A stretch of 64,000 nucleotides of DNA from Azolla caroliniana (GCA_043228905.1 JBHGNT010000001.1:9362001-9426000); one strand, 5' to 3'. Shown: positions 34,125 through 48,679, numbered from the stretch's first letter. Notes: generated from the sequence alone by a model not told the origin. Numbers and translations: made by a program.

Positions 34125-35875
34125 CTTTTTTTCTTTTTATATAAAGGATTTTCTTCAATAGTATTAAGAAAAAACGCCCGAAGGCTACAACTTGAACCTA
34201 GCTAACAAGGAGGTTACAACTTTTCTTATACAATGATGTAAAATAATCCTAGGACCAAATATCGAACTTTGTAGAAGATGTTCAAGAAAGAGTCCATGGA
34301 AGTCGATATTCCCATTGAAGCTCTTGAGTTGACATTGTAAACAGGGGCAACTTTTTCCATAAGTGAAGAAGCTTTTTCCTTTTCTTGTTCGTGACAGTAT
34401 CTAGGGAACCCTTCATATTATCATACTGGCCACAGATTATTGCCAGCAAGTTCTCCCATATCTCAAATAGGACATCTAAGAGATGAATGTCTACCGCATC
34501 ATAAATTCGGTTACATCGATATTTCCATAATGCCCATAATGTTATTGTGGTCATTGTTTTCCAAATCTTGACAGATCGCACCTGCTTTTGAGGTTGCTGG
34601 AAGGGACTAACTGATATCAATCTTCTATTATGTATTGTCATTGCCTCATGAACATCGTTTGCCTCATACACCATCAAGCTGGAATGTAATACTCCCCACA
34701 TCAATGATCCCCATGAGAATAGGCAACCTACATTGATTGTTAGGAATAAAGAAATAACTTTCTTCCATACTTGTTGGGGAAATGGACAAGACCATGGGGC
34801 ATGCTTGGTAGTTTCCTGAGGTTCATGGCAAAAGCCACATTACCGCAAATTGGGCGCTACATTCCCTTTCAATGAATGATCAACTGGTAGTGCTATATGC
34901 ACTAATAACCATCGAAAGAGAATAAATTTAGTTGGCCCCTTGAATCACCAGATCCATTTCTAGTAGGTTCTCAAATGCAAAGTTGAGACACCCCAATTGG
35001 TCCAATGTCTAAGATGTTGGCATCGTTACATTCCGAAAGAGCAGTAATGATTTTCCAAGTTTTACTGAGTACTGAAAGAAGGGGACCTTTATAATCTTTT
35101 CCCCCAAGGAGTGTGACCAAAGCCAACCCCCCAGATCCCATATTAATCTTGCAACATGATCATTTGCGTGTAACCACAAGATATCACACATATGAGCAAT
35201 TGACGGATAAGGATCAAGGATCCGTTTCTTTCCAGTTTTAGCAACCACTCTGGCTGGTGCACTTCGCAAGTCCTGTTACGCAATGAAAGGTATAAGATTG
35301 CAATCTATTGTTGTCTAGGACCTCAAAATAAGAAACGCACCCATTAGGTAAAACGCCCTTAACATCCATCAATGTATCATTTGTGAAGCATCCAAACCAT
35401 AAATGTTCCTACATGGGTTGGAAGGTAACCGTTGTAAAAAACAAAGAATATGCTGATGATATGGTAGTTGTCATTATCTTGGCACCATGAACTGATTGTA
35501 GATGTGCAAGTCGATCTTCTTGTGACATTTATTGAAATTGAGTCCATGTTCTTACAGATGCAGCTGGCCCATTATCCAATTTACCCCAAGCAAGGTGAGT
35601 TCGCATGCCCAATGCTTTTCCTGCATTATCCCGAAATAGAGAATTGGCAAGCATAGGCTGATTAAGTAATGCATCCCATGTGGAAGGTTTGTCCTTCAAC
35701 AAAAATGATTTAATCGCATCCCACACTCTTATCATTCCTAACAAAAAACTATTGGATGCAAGATTCCGCCTTTGTGTTTTCATGTCATTCAAGAACAATC
35801 ACTTTAGAGAGGGTGACCATGCTCCTCCTGTCTTAGGAGTAAACTGCATTAACTTATTTAAAAACATTCCTTTCC
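34125..35875 (-). mobile_element. 5'-truncated L1-like LINE (ORF2 C-terminal zf-RVT region) with poly(A)
   Basis: CGFCHEPQETTKH..WSCP zinc finger; TLWALWKYRCNRIY; poly(T) on the + strand at 34126-34140; perfect 16-bp TSD GGCCATATGGGCTCCT (34109-34124 and 35876-35891). Confidence 0.9.
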
Positions 35876-36963
35876 GGCCATATGGGCTCCTTGAGGTCTC
35901 TATTGAGGAAGATTGTACCACATCAATCTTCTTTTGCCATGATCATAAACATCCCCCATTTTCATCATCTTTATGACCTAGGACAACATGTTATAAAAAA
36001 TCTACTACATGTCACTACTTGAATCCTTTGATCATAGACAATGCTTTGTACTTCAATTGAGATTGTTGGATGTGTATGTAGCTTTTATATCTGGTTACGT
36101 AACATAACACCCCAATTATTTTGGAGTATGGTGCCTAATCATTAGCCTAATTCTTATGAAATGACTTCATCTTTCTCTTCATTGATAGTTCCCATTTCAC
36201 AATGTATTGGAGTCCCATAGTGTCTCTTTACTTGGATGGTTCTCCTCCATTTGACAACATCATGTATAGTCATTACCCAAAACAAACTTGTTTCATAGAC
36301 GTGATTGTATGTTTGAAGTTCACTCCCATATAACCTAGCAAATCATCCACTTGAATCTCTTGTGATATGTTAAATTTTGCAATGTTAGGATACTTTGAGA
36401 TCCTTTCTAGTGATATGGGCATCTCTTCAAATCCTTTATAAAAATGTTTGAATCCATTGTTGTTCCTCCTCCAAGAACATTTGGATGGACCACTCTAATC
36501 AATCACTAGTCACCATATGGCTCATCTATTTGGATGTTGCTAATGGATTGCTTTCCCTTTACACATATTTCCACATCCACATCCACATCCATTACATTGT
36601 ACATGATCTCACATGAAGTAGAATCTTTTGATCTTGTGCTTAGCATATTAGGAAACAATGAATCACTATTTTAGAAGTTCAATCCCACAATACCAAACTT
36701 TGCATAGGGTCTATACTCGAGAAAATGAAATTTTCTTTATTTTGGAACCAACTTCTTGTGTTTATCCTGGTGCACATAAAACCATTGAAATCAAAATCCA
36801 TTCCATTATTCCACCTTAGAGTTTTCCACTTCACTTCTTTCTTCATCTCATGTATAAACAAGCCACGCCTGAACATGGCAAATATCTCAACCTTGTCCTT
36901 TAAGTCAACACCCATACCTTCCTCATAACATCATCAATAATCACGATGAACCATGATCCATCT

Positions 36964-37298
36964 CATTGTTGTAGAATACTTGGCAGAAATACGCGTAGAA
37001 TACGTATGCTAAGTATTCTAAAGGTATTCTACCTTTTTCTAAATACTTAGAATGCATGTAGAATACTTTAAATACATCTAAAATATGTTAAGCACTTCTA
37101 AAATTCTAAAGTTTAAAAAAATTTTAAAGTTTTTAAAGTTTTTTGAAATGTTAAATATATAGAATATGCTCAATACCTAGAATACATGAAAAATTATAAA
37201 ATGGTAGTTCTAAGACGTACAATATGTGTTGCAGCGTCATTCAAAACAGTCTAAAATGCATTGTAAAAGTAGAATACGCATTTTTTACTTCAACTATG
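36964..37298. mobile_element. hAT-type MITE
   Basis: Termini CATTGTTG / CAACTATG; 8-bp TSD ATCCATCT/ATCCATGT; repeated TAGAATAC subterminal motifs. A related remnant ends at 51329. Confidence 0.7.
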
Positions 37299-39447
37299 AT
37301 CCATGTAATAAGCTACTAGCCATTGTCGAAATGCACTAATGCCAACATCTTATTGACGGAATCCACATTCACATTGTAGATGCGTTTTTTTCTATTGTCT
37401 AAATACATGATGTTTGCTTAATTGGAGGTTGTAGCACCTTCATTCCTATTATTGGCATCTGGATTGATTTGCCATGTCACGTTGTAGTTTATTGTGACTA
37501 AATTATCACAACCAACCTTTTGAGACTTTTAGAGTAGATACAAGAACATGGATTTATTGCCAATTGAAAGAACATAGATTTGTTGCCAATGGATACTACA
37601 AGTTCTCCCAAGGAACCTCAATTTCTACTCCACAAACACCACTCTAATTATCTTATCTAATCTTCCTCGTGACATAAGGCTCTTTGTTAGTCCATGCACA
37701 TGGCCACAACTTAATCTGATGTGAGTTACTTCTGTTATGTTAAACTCAAATTTATAGATCCGATGTTGCCTATCAGGCTTGTGATTCCAATGGCGCACAA
37801 TGTGAAATATTTTCACATATTGTGTATGAAGTTTATTAATGGCTCTCAATTATTAAGAATTTTACTAATGAATGTTGCAATTGGGAAAGCATAATTTGTT
37901 GTGAAGGGATAGGTCCGAGTTGAAAATGTGTGAAAACAAATTCAAAGTGAGAAAGGTGGAACGCTTGTTTAGGAAAAAATATGCATAGCCAATGACTTGT
38001 TGGAGCATTTTGGTATTTGTATTTTGACTCGAGGATACTTCATAAGGGGACAACTTTAGATATTTAAACTCTTTCCAAGTGGAGGATTTAGGCATATTGC
38101 CACCCAGAGAATCAGAAATGTCACCAATGTGTTAAAGATTTTTTTTGGATAGTCCAACATTCGATTTCTCTTCCATTGCATGTGTTCTCAAATACATACT
38201 AAGCCCTTGGTCCCTCTTCCAAGCAATGAGTAGCACATTCATTCCATTTAATTTTGGAGGGAAGATTATGTGTTGAATCTCTATGCGTCAATATTTGCTT
38301 TTCTAAAATAAAGGTTTAGTATGTTGTTTGTGAAAATGTGTTTTGCAAGTTGTTTGTAAAATACTATCATGGAAAGGAAACCTAGTCTACTTTTAAAAGA
38401 GTTTACCATGTCATCCGGTGGTTCATTCAAAGAGAGAGGGAGAGGGAGAAGCATCTGTTATCTTCATTGTCAGTTGCATGTCCTCTTATATGGTTGGTGT
38501 CTTCATGGATGACATATTCTATGGCATGCCCTTGTCGTGCCATGACAAAGACAGAGAGCGACCTTGGGTAGTACAATTTTTAAAAAAGGTTGTAGTTCAT
38601 TGTCGAAAAATTACTCATTCAAAACTTGGGTTTGTAATTTTTTATATCTTGTATCCTTTGGAAAAGAACATTTTATATCTTGTTTGTAAACACGTATCAT
38701 GAAAAGAAACTTGGTCTTGTCTTAAAAAAGAAACACTCGTGTGTTTCTTCATTCAACAAGACAAAGACCTACTAAAAATCTATACTTCCTTGTCCACAAT
38801 AGGTAGGTACTACTAGTCAAAAGGCTTCCGATTTTAAGTTTTATGGGGCAAGGTCCACGGCCAATGGTTATTGATTGTGTTAAGGTTTATGTCTACTGTT
38901 TATGGTTTGAACTTTTAGTGCTTGTAAGTATTAAGGTTTGGTGCATGTGGTCTATAAGGTAAGGAAGGAGGCATACCCCGAACGATTGGTCAAGGATATA
39001 AACGTGTCGAGTTAGTGTGTGAGAGGAGGGGGTGAAATCAAGTGTGTTTCATGTTGACGGAGAGTTTATTGTTGTGTAGTGTAGAAACCATAATTTGGAA
39101 GATATTGTTATGAGAGAGAGAGAGAGAGAGAGAGAGATTATAAATCAAATTATTTCTTTTTAAAAAAAGGAGATGGTGATAGAGAGGGGTGCACGTCTAC
39201 CAAATGAATATATAAATAAATAAATATTATTTAAAAAATAAATGAAATAACGAATTTATCATTTAGATAAGTAAACAAATCAATAATAAGTTTAAGTGGA
39301 AGCCCAATAAAATAGTCCTGTTTGTCTTTTAAGTTGTATGTGCTCACTATTGAGCTCTTCTATTATAACACAACACATAATATGTGAAATCAATCCAAAG
39401 ATCATCATCACCATCTCCAACATTAATCCCATCCCTAATCCTACATC

Positions 39448-42400
39448 ATGCCCACTAATCCTACTTATAATGACACCCATCGTGTTAATGCTCCTCGTGT
39501 TAATGTCGATGATCATCATCATACCAACATGGACGACGAGTTTGTTGTTACCATCTCCGATGCTAGCACTACCAATCCTAGTACTAGTACCCATTCCCTA
39601 GTGAGCACTACCTCTAGTGGTACCAATCATCATGACCATGATCATGATGACTACAATGGAAGCATCAGCTCCCTCTCTCACACCAACCTCTTGGAATACA
39701 ACCCCGAGTTTGTTGCCAAAATGTTGTCCCGCGATCCGTCCGACCTCGGGCGATCCGACCATTTCTTCTTTAGATCACACCGTCTTCCGAGTTCTTCGCC
39801 CATCAATCGAATCGGGGCACCCACGGCCACGCCTTTGTCTTGTTCTTCGTCTTCTTCGGATTCACAAACCATCACCACAGGAGTTCCTTTCCAATGGGAA
39901 ACCGAACCCGGGAAAGCCAAGCATGTTGTCGAGTCCATGAATAATCCTAGTGCTACCAGCAACTCAGAGACAAATAAGTGCACCCGAGAAGAATTCGAAG
40001 ACATTACCCACAAAAAGCTCCCCCTTCCTCCCATACTTCTCACAATGTCTTGTAGCCCATCCAATCACTACAACTACTATTCGTCACCACGATCTTCGAT
40101 TACCGGGAAAATGCGAAGGTTCTTGAGCCTAAATGGTAGGAAATCCGCTGACCATATCTCATATCACTACAATTGCAATCTTAATCATAACCAATCATGC
40201 AATTATAGCTATGTGAATAGCCCAGACCATAATAGTCCCAATTTCTTCACTAGTTATAAGTCTAGCCCCCAACATTTGTCCGCTCATAGCAATTCTAGTT
40301 GTGCCATGATTAGGGGTTATGATGCCACCCAAGGTCACAAGACAACCCCTACACCCTTTCAAAAAATGACTTTAGGCCAACACATCCTCACTAGATCTTC
40401 ATCTCCCAAACTACATGTGCCCAATGCCAGACACGAAATGTCCGATTTCACATTCAACCCGATCCATAAGCACAAGTTAGCCAATGACATTGTGCAAAAA
40501 CACCGAGGTTTCTTGGGCACCAATACATACAATGAATATGAGGTAATCGACGACGGACGTGATGGAATTATGGTGGATTCTCTAAGCCAATCTCTCCCTT
40601 CTTCTCCTTTTTTCTCACCCGTGTCATCGGTGTCTCATTTAGCCCAAATTAGTTCTTCTAGCAGAAGCCAAAGCTCTCAAGATTCGAGCAATTCGACATC
40701 ACGTTGTGTTGGTGTTTCTTCAACAATCCAAGAAACACCATCATGTAATAATGTTACAACTAGCCCTACCCATGGAAATAACGAACCCCACATGAAAATT
40801 CCTCTTTCACGAGTATATCAACATGACATTCACACCTCAACGACATTAAAGTCGATGAAACATCATAGTGGCCCCTTGACGGTGATGAAGAAGAGCAAAT
40901 CTCTTTCCACACCTAGTTCGCTTACTTCTTCACAACTTCATGTTCACCCACTAAAAAGAAGCGCGAAGATTCAACCCTCTTCTCCAACGCACATACTTTG
41001 TGATGATCCCACATCCGTGAATACCTTTGAGCAATTGTTCCCATTGGCCAAGCAAAATAATGTCTCATCAAGAGGGATTAAGTTAGTAGATTACATGGGG
41101 GGTTCACCTGGTTTGTCTAGGTTAGAACAACAATATTTATGTGACGAATATCAAGATAAGGTCCTAAAGGAACATTTATCTTGCAAATCTCCTTTGGGTC
41201 AAATTAACACGATTCAAACTTTTCATGGCCGCGAAAACGTCAAGGAGGTTAATGAACTTTATTTAGATGCACTTAACATAAGCTTTGACAATCATCTGTC
41301 AGAGAGTTATATAGAAAAAGATAGTAGTGTTGGTACTCAAAAATCAATGTGTACACATGAGAAACCAAGAGAAAATGAGGACATAGCTAATGTGGATCCA
41401 ATTGTGATGGAGGCTCTAATGTTAGTCAATGATGGGCTTAAGAATGAGATCCATCCATTAAAGGAAACAATTCACACTAAAAAAGAAGATGGAGATTTGG
41501 TGTTGGATAAAAATATGGATCATGTGAATGAGCCCCAAAATATTTCAACGGTCTTACTCGACATTGATTGTAAGAAGGAGAAACAACATCCAACTTCTTG
41601 TGTGCAGGTACTAGAGTATATTTATGTCTTTCTTTCTAATAATGTATCCTTTCTTTTTGTCAATTTCATAACTTTTAATATATAGGCGTGCTAGCTTGTG
41701 TAACTAGTAAATGAACTATACACTTTTTGTATTAGCTCACACTTTTGCATGCTACTTTTCTTAAAGGATGGCTAATCATGCCTAGTAGGAAATCCGCTCA
41801 ATCAATAACTACACACAACCTATAAACAAATTCAACCTTTATTTTGGTGGACAATGCCCTTGCTGAACATTTTTCCATTGTATACTAGATTTCATGCACA
41901 CAACTTTCTCAAAACTTTCACTAGGTTTGAGAAGTGAAAAACTTGGGCTTTAGGCCTCATGCAAAGATTAACACATACAAATATACTTCATGAATGAGTT
42001 GTATTAAACTCAAGGCAAGCTATTATAACCATACTCCATTTGAGCAATGGATTAGCAAAGGATTTTGGAAATTTCGATACAAAAAAATGCAAATTAAAAC
42101 AAAGATTAAGGGCTCATGCCCTCAATTTGACATAATATTTATTGTCAAAGAACAATACATTTGTCCACCTACTAAGGTAGCTTCTTGCTTCATCAACTTG
42201 TGGTTATACATATAATCTAGAACCCTTTTTTGGCTTAGTTATCTTTCAACCTAACTAAGATTTTACCATAATAAAAATTTACATGGGATATGGTCTTAAG
42301 ATATAAGGTAGAATTGGAATGCATTCTTGGTGTTGATTTTTTACCTTAAATGTACTAATGAATTAGAATGTATTGTTGGTGTTGGAATCACCAATAATGA

Positions 42401-42493
42401 GTTTTTATTGTGTTCTTTTTGGTGTTTTTTCAGCCCATCTTCAACTTCCTTGAAAGAAGAATTCTTTGTCAATCAAAATTTGAAACTCATTGA
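39448..42493 (+). CDS. Ser/His-rich, largely disordered protein with a DUF688-like motif; 2 exons (39448 or 39529 to 41607; 42434-42493)
   Basis: 2.2-kb open frame with VPFQWETEPGKAK...KLPLPP. Donor CAG|GTACT at 41607 is phase 0; acceptor TTTTCAG leads to PIFNFLERRILCQSKFETH*. The start codon and exon 2 are inferred. Confidence 0.75.
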
Positions 42494-42729
42494 CAACTAT
42501 GGAAGCAATGTGGAGTGTGTAAGCATTTATTATATCTTTGAGATTTGACTAAACAATTCTTTATTGTGTTTCACTTATGTATGAAGGGGGTGCCTAAATA
42601 CTAAAGCATCCCAATTATTGAAAAAGGCTCATACATAAAAACTTGCAAAGCAAACTTGTATAGCTTTTACAACTTTTGTAACTAATGATATGTTAAATTC
42701 AATATTTGAAAAGCTAAAACACACACACA

Positions 42730-42771
<42 letters not shown>

Positions 42772-42772
<1 letters not shown>

Positions 42773-42835
42773 GTAATTAGCTTACCCTAGTGGTAAGTTG
42801 TTACACTATTAGCACTATGTCTTGGGTTTAAAAAG
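42772..42835 (+). mobile_element. Truncated copy of the dual tRNA-headed repeat next to a (TC)n tract
   Basis: GTAATTAGCTTACCCTAGTGGTAAG...CTTGGGTTT matches 49065-49130 and the reverse complement of 56975-57042. Confidence 0.75.
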
Positions 42836-43304
42836 TTGTTCCATCAAACTCTACCACATTCTAAACATGTACACGGCGACCATATTGATGCCGACAATGT
42901 CAAAGGAACGTGATGATTCTGAAATGGTTTATGTGCCTTATTATTAGAACACGTTTCAGAAAATGCTTTTGGACTTTTTCAGCATATACTGGAGATGTTA
43001 TTAGCCCATCCATAGGGAAACAATGAAATCATTGAAATGTCTTAAGTATTTCCTGAGAACCCAACATGTGATTTTCCTTGGTTGGACATGTTATTCAAGT
43101 GATAAATAGGTCCATTCTATCTATAATTGGGAAAGAACTGGATATTAATGTATTGCCAATGCTCTTCTAGTTATAAAGCTAATCATTGTACAAAATGCAT
43201 TAGGACAGCAAGATACTGTGCATAAAAAGAGATTCAAGGTCTCCAATCCTCCATAACGAATATGTTGCACATATGCATGTATTTCTAATGTGTGGACAAT
43301 AATA

Positions 43305-46300
43305 TCAAGCTAGTAAAGGTCTCTTCAAAGAGGTTTTAATTGCCATGCCCACCTCCTCTGGGAAGTCTTCTTGGGCATGATGACCAACCTGAGAGCACAA
43401 AAGAAAATGAGGATATATATAGACATAAAAAAATACTGTATGCACCTAAATTCCCAATATGTATACACATTGCAAATTATGAAGATTTGTCATCCCCAAT
43501 ATGCATACACATTGGATAGTATTCTTGTTATGATATCCTAGACATCAGATGGACTACGGCTGATATGAAAACAAAGAAACTTACAAACAAAACAAATCCA
43601 CATATCAAATTGAAATTTCTAAAAGATCACAAAAAACTTCCACATTAGAATTAACATATGTTTAATGCTCAAATAAGGATCAATCCTACGTACTTCCTGT
43701 AGTTGAAGAAGTTTCACGCCAACTGAGCTTGTGAATGCAGAAACTCCTCCAAAACTCAGCCATCTATCTTTCATACCCCAAATGACAGTAGTTTGTTTGC
43801 TCCAGTCTCCATTTGATAAACTCTTCCTCAATAACTCTATTGATTCCTGGTACCCCAATAATATAATCTTTGTTTTTTGAAAATTAGAGATATCATGATA
43901 TGGCATTTGCATATCACAAATTTCATACCCCTTATAGGAAGAAACGAAGTGAAAAAGCGGCATCTACTTCCAAGTTTTTCTTTTCATTTCAATCATTTCT
44001 TAATTTTCTTATCTTCTTAAAAAAAGAAGACAGATCTTTTCAAGGAAACTATACAGACTTCCTATTTAGTTACTATGACCAATAGCAACCTTCTGACTCC
44101 AAAATATATCTACATCTTATCATCTCTAGTGGACAATTTCTCTCTTATGCATAATCAATGGCGTTTATATTTTATTTTTTGCACGCTTAATTTACACATG
44201 AATATCATTGTTCTCATCTAATGAAAGGAATAGCTGGTTTTTCTACATGCTGAAATTGGTAAGTGAATAATTGTTGGTTTGGCCAAACCTTTAACTCCTT
44301 TTTCAAGGCCTTTGCAATAGCTATGAGAGCAAAACCAGAAGATCCTGAGGTAAGATATGGCCTTCGATAGACCATAGCATCTTCTTCATCTAGAATGTAT
44401 GGCCCACATTCATTAAGAGGCTTTTCTCCGGCTTTAAGCGGGTCCTACAAAAAACAGTGAAGAAATAAAATAAAATAAAAGGAAACAACATAAATACAAT
44501 TTTACCATCTCTCTATGACAAAAATAATCAATTGCAAAAAACTGAACTTTGAAATGTGATAATATTATTATTATCACCTGAGCGAAAATTTCTCCAAGAA
44601 GGAAATTTGAAAAGATTGCCAATGATGATGGCAGTTTTGCATGCTCATTGATTACCTTCAAACATCACAAATTTTGTAAGAGTCACTTATCGCTTTCATG
44701 CATGTGTGTGTGTGTGTGTGTATGAGTGTATTTTCTTTATTTTTCTTTTATTATAATTATGTTTTCTTATATCTTTGACATTTCATAGTTGGATCTGACC
44801 TATATGTTTGAGAAAAACCAAGACACAACTGAGTGTTTCATTTATTGAGTATCCTCAAAATGCATATAAAAGAAAGGTGCATGGATATAATGATAAAAAA
44901 TGGCTCAATAACACATCGATGCCAACAACATCCATAAGTATGGGTTAAAAAGAAGTATTCATAACAGATGTAAACACAATAAGCCCTTACAGGAGGATTC
45001 AGAAGCACTATACGTTCAACTTTCTCCTTGTACTTGTTTGCATAATCAAACACAATGGGTGCAGTTAAGCCCTGAAGAACAAAAACTTCAACTCAGAAGT
45101 GAGAGAATGGCTATGAAAATGTGAAAATCACTTTGTCTCTAATTAAGTTAAAAAACTACGAATTTTGGTAGAATTCATTTAAGCAGAGATTACCCAAAAT
45201 AAACAAGCATATTCTTAAAAACTTTGGGTAATTTTCCCATTTAATTTTTACCTGGCATACAATGTTGATTTTCTCCAGCCCAAGTGATTCAACCAAACAA
45301 GCCAGCGCATTTGTATAGTCTACACAAAAATCACAGAATCTCATGAGGTCCATTCATATTGTTCAAAAAAAAACTTCACATATAACACCCTAAACATTAC
45401 ATCTATTTCAAAAAAGATTGATTGGGCTTTCTGAATTTGCAACCTTCTCTCGTATAATTGAACCCATAACCCATTTGAGGTTTATCTGAAAATCCAAATC
45501 CTGAATATGAAGCCACCAACATGGTAAGTAAATTACGAACACTATCTTTAAGGCCAGTTCTTTTTCTACAGAGAGAAATTCAAAGCAAATCAAGAAGCAT
45601 CTAATTCGTATCCATTAAAATGAGCTTGTCTATACCATTAATTAAAATTAAGTTTCTTTTGTATAACAAATAAGAAACCACAGTGAATTGGAACAATGTA
45701 TCTTCCATTAAAACCTCTTAAAGAGATAAGTACATTTTATCATGGAAACACGATTTCACAGACATGAGCTTGTCTATACCATTAATTAAAATTAAGTTTC
45801 TTTTGTATAAGCTACGAAATTCCATCATCTCATCCTCCGCAGAGCAAACAAAAAAATCTCTATAAAACCAAATATTGTTTCTCCAACTTGAATTTGTTGC
45901 CACCATTATACTCCAAGAAATGAAAATACTCAAATAATCAAAAGAATGATGACATTTTTCTCTTATATCCATCGTGTATTACTTCATTATGAAATCATTA
46001 TAACAAAGAATAGTGGGAAATAACATACCAATCCAATCGAAAGCAATAACATGATAGTCTGTAGACAACATAGGAATCACCTTACGAAATGAATAGGACT
46101 ACATGCACAAAAATAGTGGTTTAGATGATTTTGTTTTTCTGCAATGAAGCATTTGAGAAAGAAACAAATAAAATCATCCTCCAAAACCTGTGAAGGAAAA
46201 CCATGCACTAGTAATACTGTTGGTTTTGTAGCATCTCCGTCCTCAACATAAAACCACCTAGAGGTTTTAATCTTTCAAAATTTGATATAAAAAACAACTA

Positions 46301-48679
46301 ATAAACATATTGAATCTTCTTAACCATGAACAAAGTAAGATTTAAGGTGTTTGCAAGGAGATGTTTAGGTTCAAGATGAGCTAACGTATACAGAAATTTT
46401 AATTTTATGCCATTTGTTAAGTGGTAACGTCTTGGATGAATTTTTTCTCTCACCATGGGCAATATCCATTAAGACCAAGCAAAGATTTTCCATTTTTGAT
46501 ACATAAACAAAAAAAAAATCGAAGAATCAACAATAACCATTTGCAGATTTTTTTCATTTCAAGATATGCTATAATGCTCACCCACATACAAATACACAAA
46601 ATTAGTTCAAATTTTCAAAAACCTGAAATCATCATCAGCAATTTGAGATGCCTCTCCCATCGCAAGCCCAAATATAGGATCTCGAGCTTTCTTTTTTTTC
46701 TCTTTCACAGCATAGGCATTTATCTAACAAGCAGAAGATACTTGGATATCAATAGTAAGTGTGGTACATGTCCATACGATACCATATCCTTACAATGCAA
46801 GGTTTCTGTAAAGAGCCAACATTGAGTTTTTCACTGAATATCAATTTTCTTTAAAACCTAAAAATCTTCACCATTTTCCCACGAGCAAACCATTCCTCAG
46901 CGCGACCTTCTTTATCAGAGTATTTGCCTATCCAAAAAACATCAAAGGCCTTTTGCATCAATCATGAGAAAAAACTTGACAAATTTCTGAAAAGTAAGGC
47001 GGAAATACGTTAAACAAATCCAAAGAACTCCCATGGTTACCTCCAGCAAAAGAGAATCCATCTCCAACTGAGACAGGCGCATCCACAAGATAATCCTTCA
47101 ATGAGAGAACAAAATCTGTTATGTTATAAATGCAGTGCATGGCATACATGTTATCTGATTTCTTACATAGCAATAGCTACATTGCTAGCAGGAAACCTCA
47201 AGGAGATAAAAAATACAAAAAAAGCTACAAACTTTCAGTGCTCAAAACCATTTAAATGAAGATACAATGTTTCTATAGAGATTTCAGCAAACTCAAAACA
47301 AATGCAAAGATATTTCCTGAGAGAGGCTTAAGGAAACAAAAGGCAGTAGACACCTGCCCAACTACAATACGGTTCTTAGTTACCCAAATGGACTAACGAG
47401 ACCAAAATCAGAGTTAATGGAGAAAACAAGCATTGGAGCCAATATTCCAAATTGTGTGTTTGGAAACATGAGCCAAAGGTTAACAAGTCCATAAAAAATG
47501 ATGCAGCTCTTATGACATTGCAAACAGAGAGAATATCTCAAAGCAGAATCCAATATGACGTATACCCAATGATCATTGCCAGAAGAACACCATTTGTTTA
47601 CACGACAAACCTAATTTCCAAAGTGTAACAAGACTAGACTAGCCTTCCACATTGCTAGAGATTATTTGATGCCCTTAGACCCAAGGAGGTGGGAGTGATA
47701 GCAAATTACCATTCTTTACTTGCCAATCAACGAGCCTACCCAATGCCTCTTGTGATGGCACACAGGAGTAAATGGAAGTAGTTCAAATATTCTAGACCAT
47801 ATGCATCTAAGAGGTGGACCCAAAGTATAATGCATTGTTGCATCTCAGAAGCTGAGCACGTGCCCATCCTTGTTAGGCATATCAGAGATAAGACTAATAG
47901 CTCGATTGGGTAAGGAGAATGCCGTACATGGATCCACAAAGGGAATTCCAAAGGAGATGCATGTCTCGACCAATCCACAAGCTAACATAAAACTAAGTTC
48001 CAATCTCTAACCAATTTGGAGCTGAAGGGACACCCTTTGGTATAATCATCAAATGTGCCAATCACATACTCCCAATAAGAGATCTCCCAAACACCAAAAG
48101 TAGGTGTTCGAAGATGCATTGACATATGAGCTGACATCTTCATCCATGGTCTATTCACTGGACTAAGATACATATGTGCTACATTTGTATGTATACAGTA
48201 TATACATACATGTTCATCCCCAAGATACATGTGTAACCATTTGTATATAGATAGATGATATGTACGTACATACATACATACATACATACATGCACCTTCC
48301 CAGATAAAATACATAATATGCATTCACGGATACACAGGCTTACACATATATACGAACATTCAAAACCGTACATGCATATATATATATACATACTCACAAA
48401 ACATATAGTAAATATATACTCATTAATTTTCTACTTAGGGTTCGTAGAGGGATTAGAGAGGGGCACCTCATCATCCACATAGAGGGAGCGGCAGGGATAG
48501 AGTCGCTTTTTGATGCAAGTACGAGATCGTGTGGAAGAAGAAACAGACGGAAGAGAAAACCTAGCAGCAGCAGCAGCAGCAGCAGTGGTAGTAGTAGCGA
48601 ATGAAACAGAAGAAGAAGAAGAAGAAGAAGGAAGTAAGCATGGATTGACGTGAAAGAGAAAAGAAGAAGAAGAAACCAT
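43305..48679 (-). CDS. Plastid-targeted alpha/beta-hydrolase fold protein (haloalkane dehalogenase-like; resembles Arabidopsis At4g12830), 13 exons, ~413 aa
   Basis: Exons 48679-48467, 47095-47041, 46927-46872, 46723-46623, 46257-46188, 46098-46029, 45500-45444, 45319-45252, 45071-44991, 44655-44578, 44444-44289, 43846-43694, 43388-43305; all GT-AG and phase-consistent (1242 nt). Ser/Ala-rich transit peptide; motifs DYLVDAPVSVGDGFSF, LLVHGFPSQSYSFR, FDWIGFGFSDKP, VYRRPYLTSGSSG, GHHAQED. Confidence 0.93.

Noticed and set aside
36000-38250. Possible CACTA transposase remnant (DFNGFMCTRINTRSWF...ENFIF); similar hints at 54000-55000
   Set aside because: Weak resemblance only and no CACTA termini seen; it needs a TBLASTN or HMM search.
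41608-41685. C-terminal hydrophobic tail of the 745-aa ORF (VLEYIYVFLSNNVSFLFVNF)
   Set aside because: It follows a good splice donor and is T-rich, so it is most likely intron read-through rather than a transmembrane segment.
45621-45810. 46-bp direct repeat in a hydrolase intron
   Set aside because: Simple local duplication with no sign of function or mobility.
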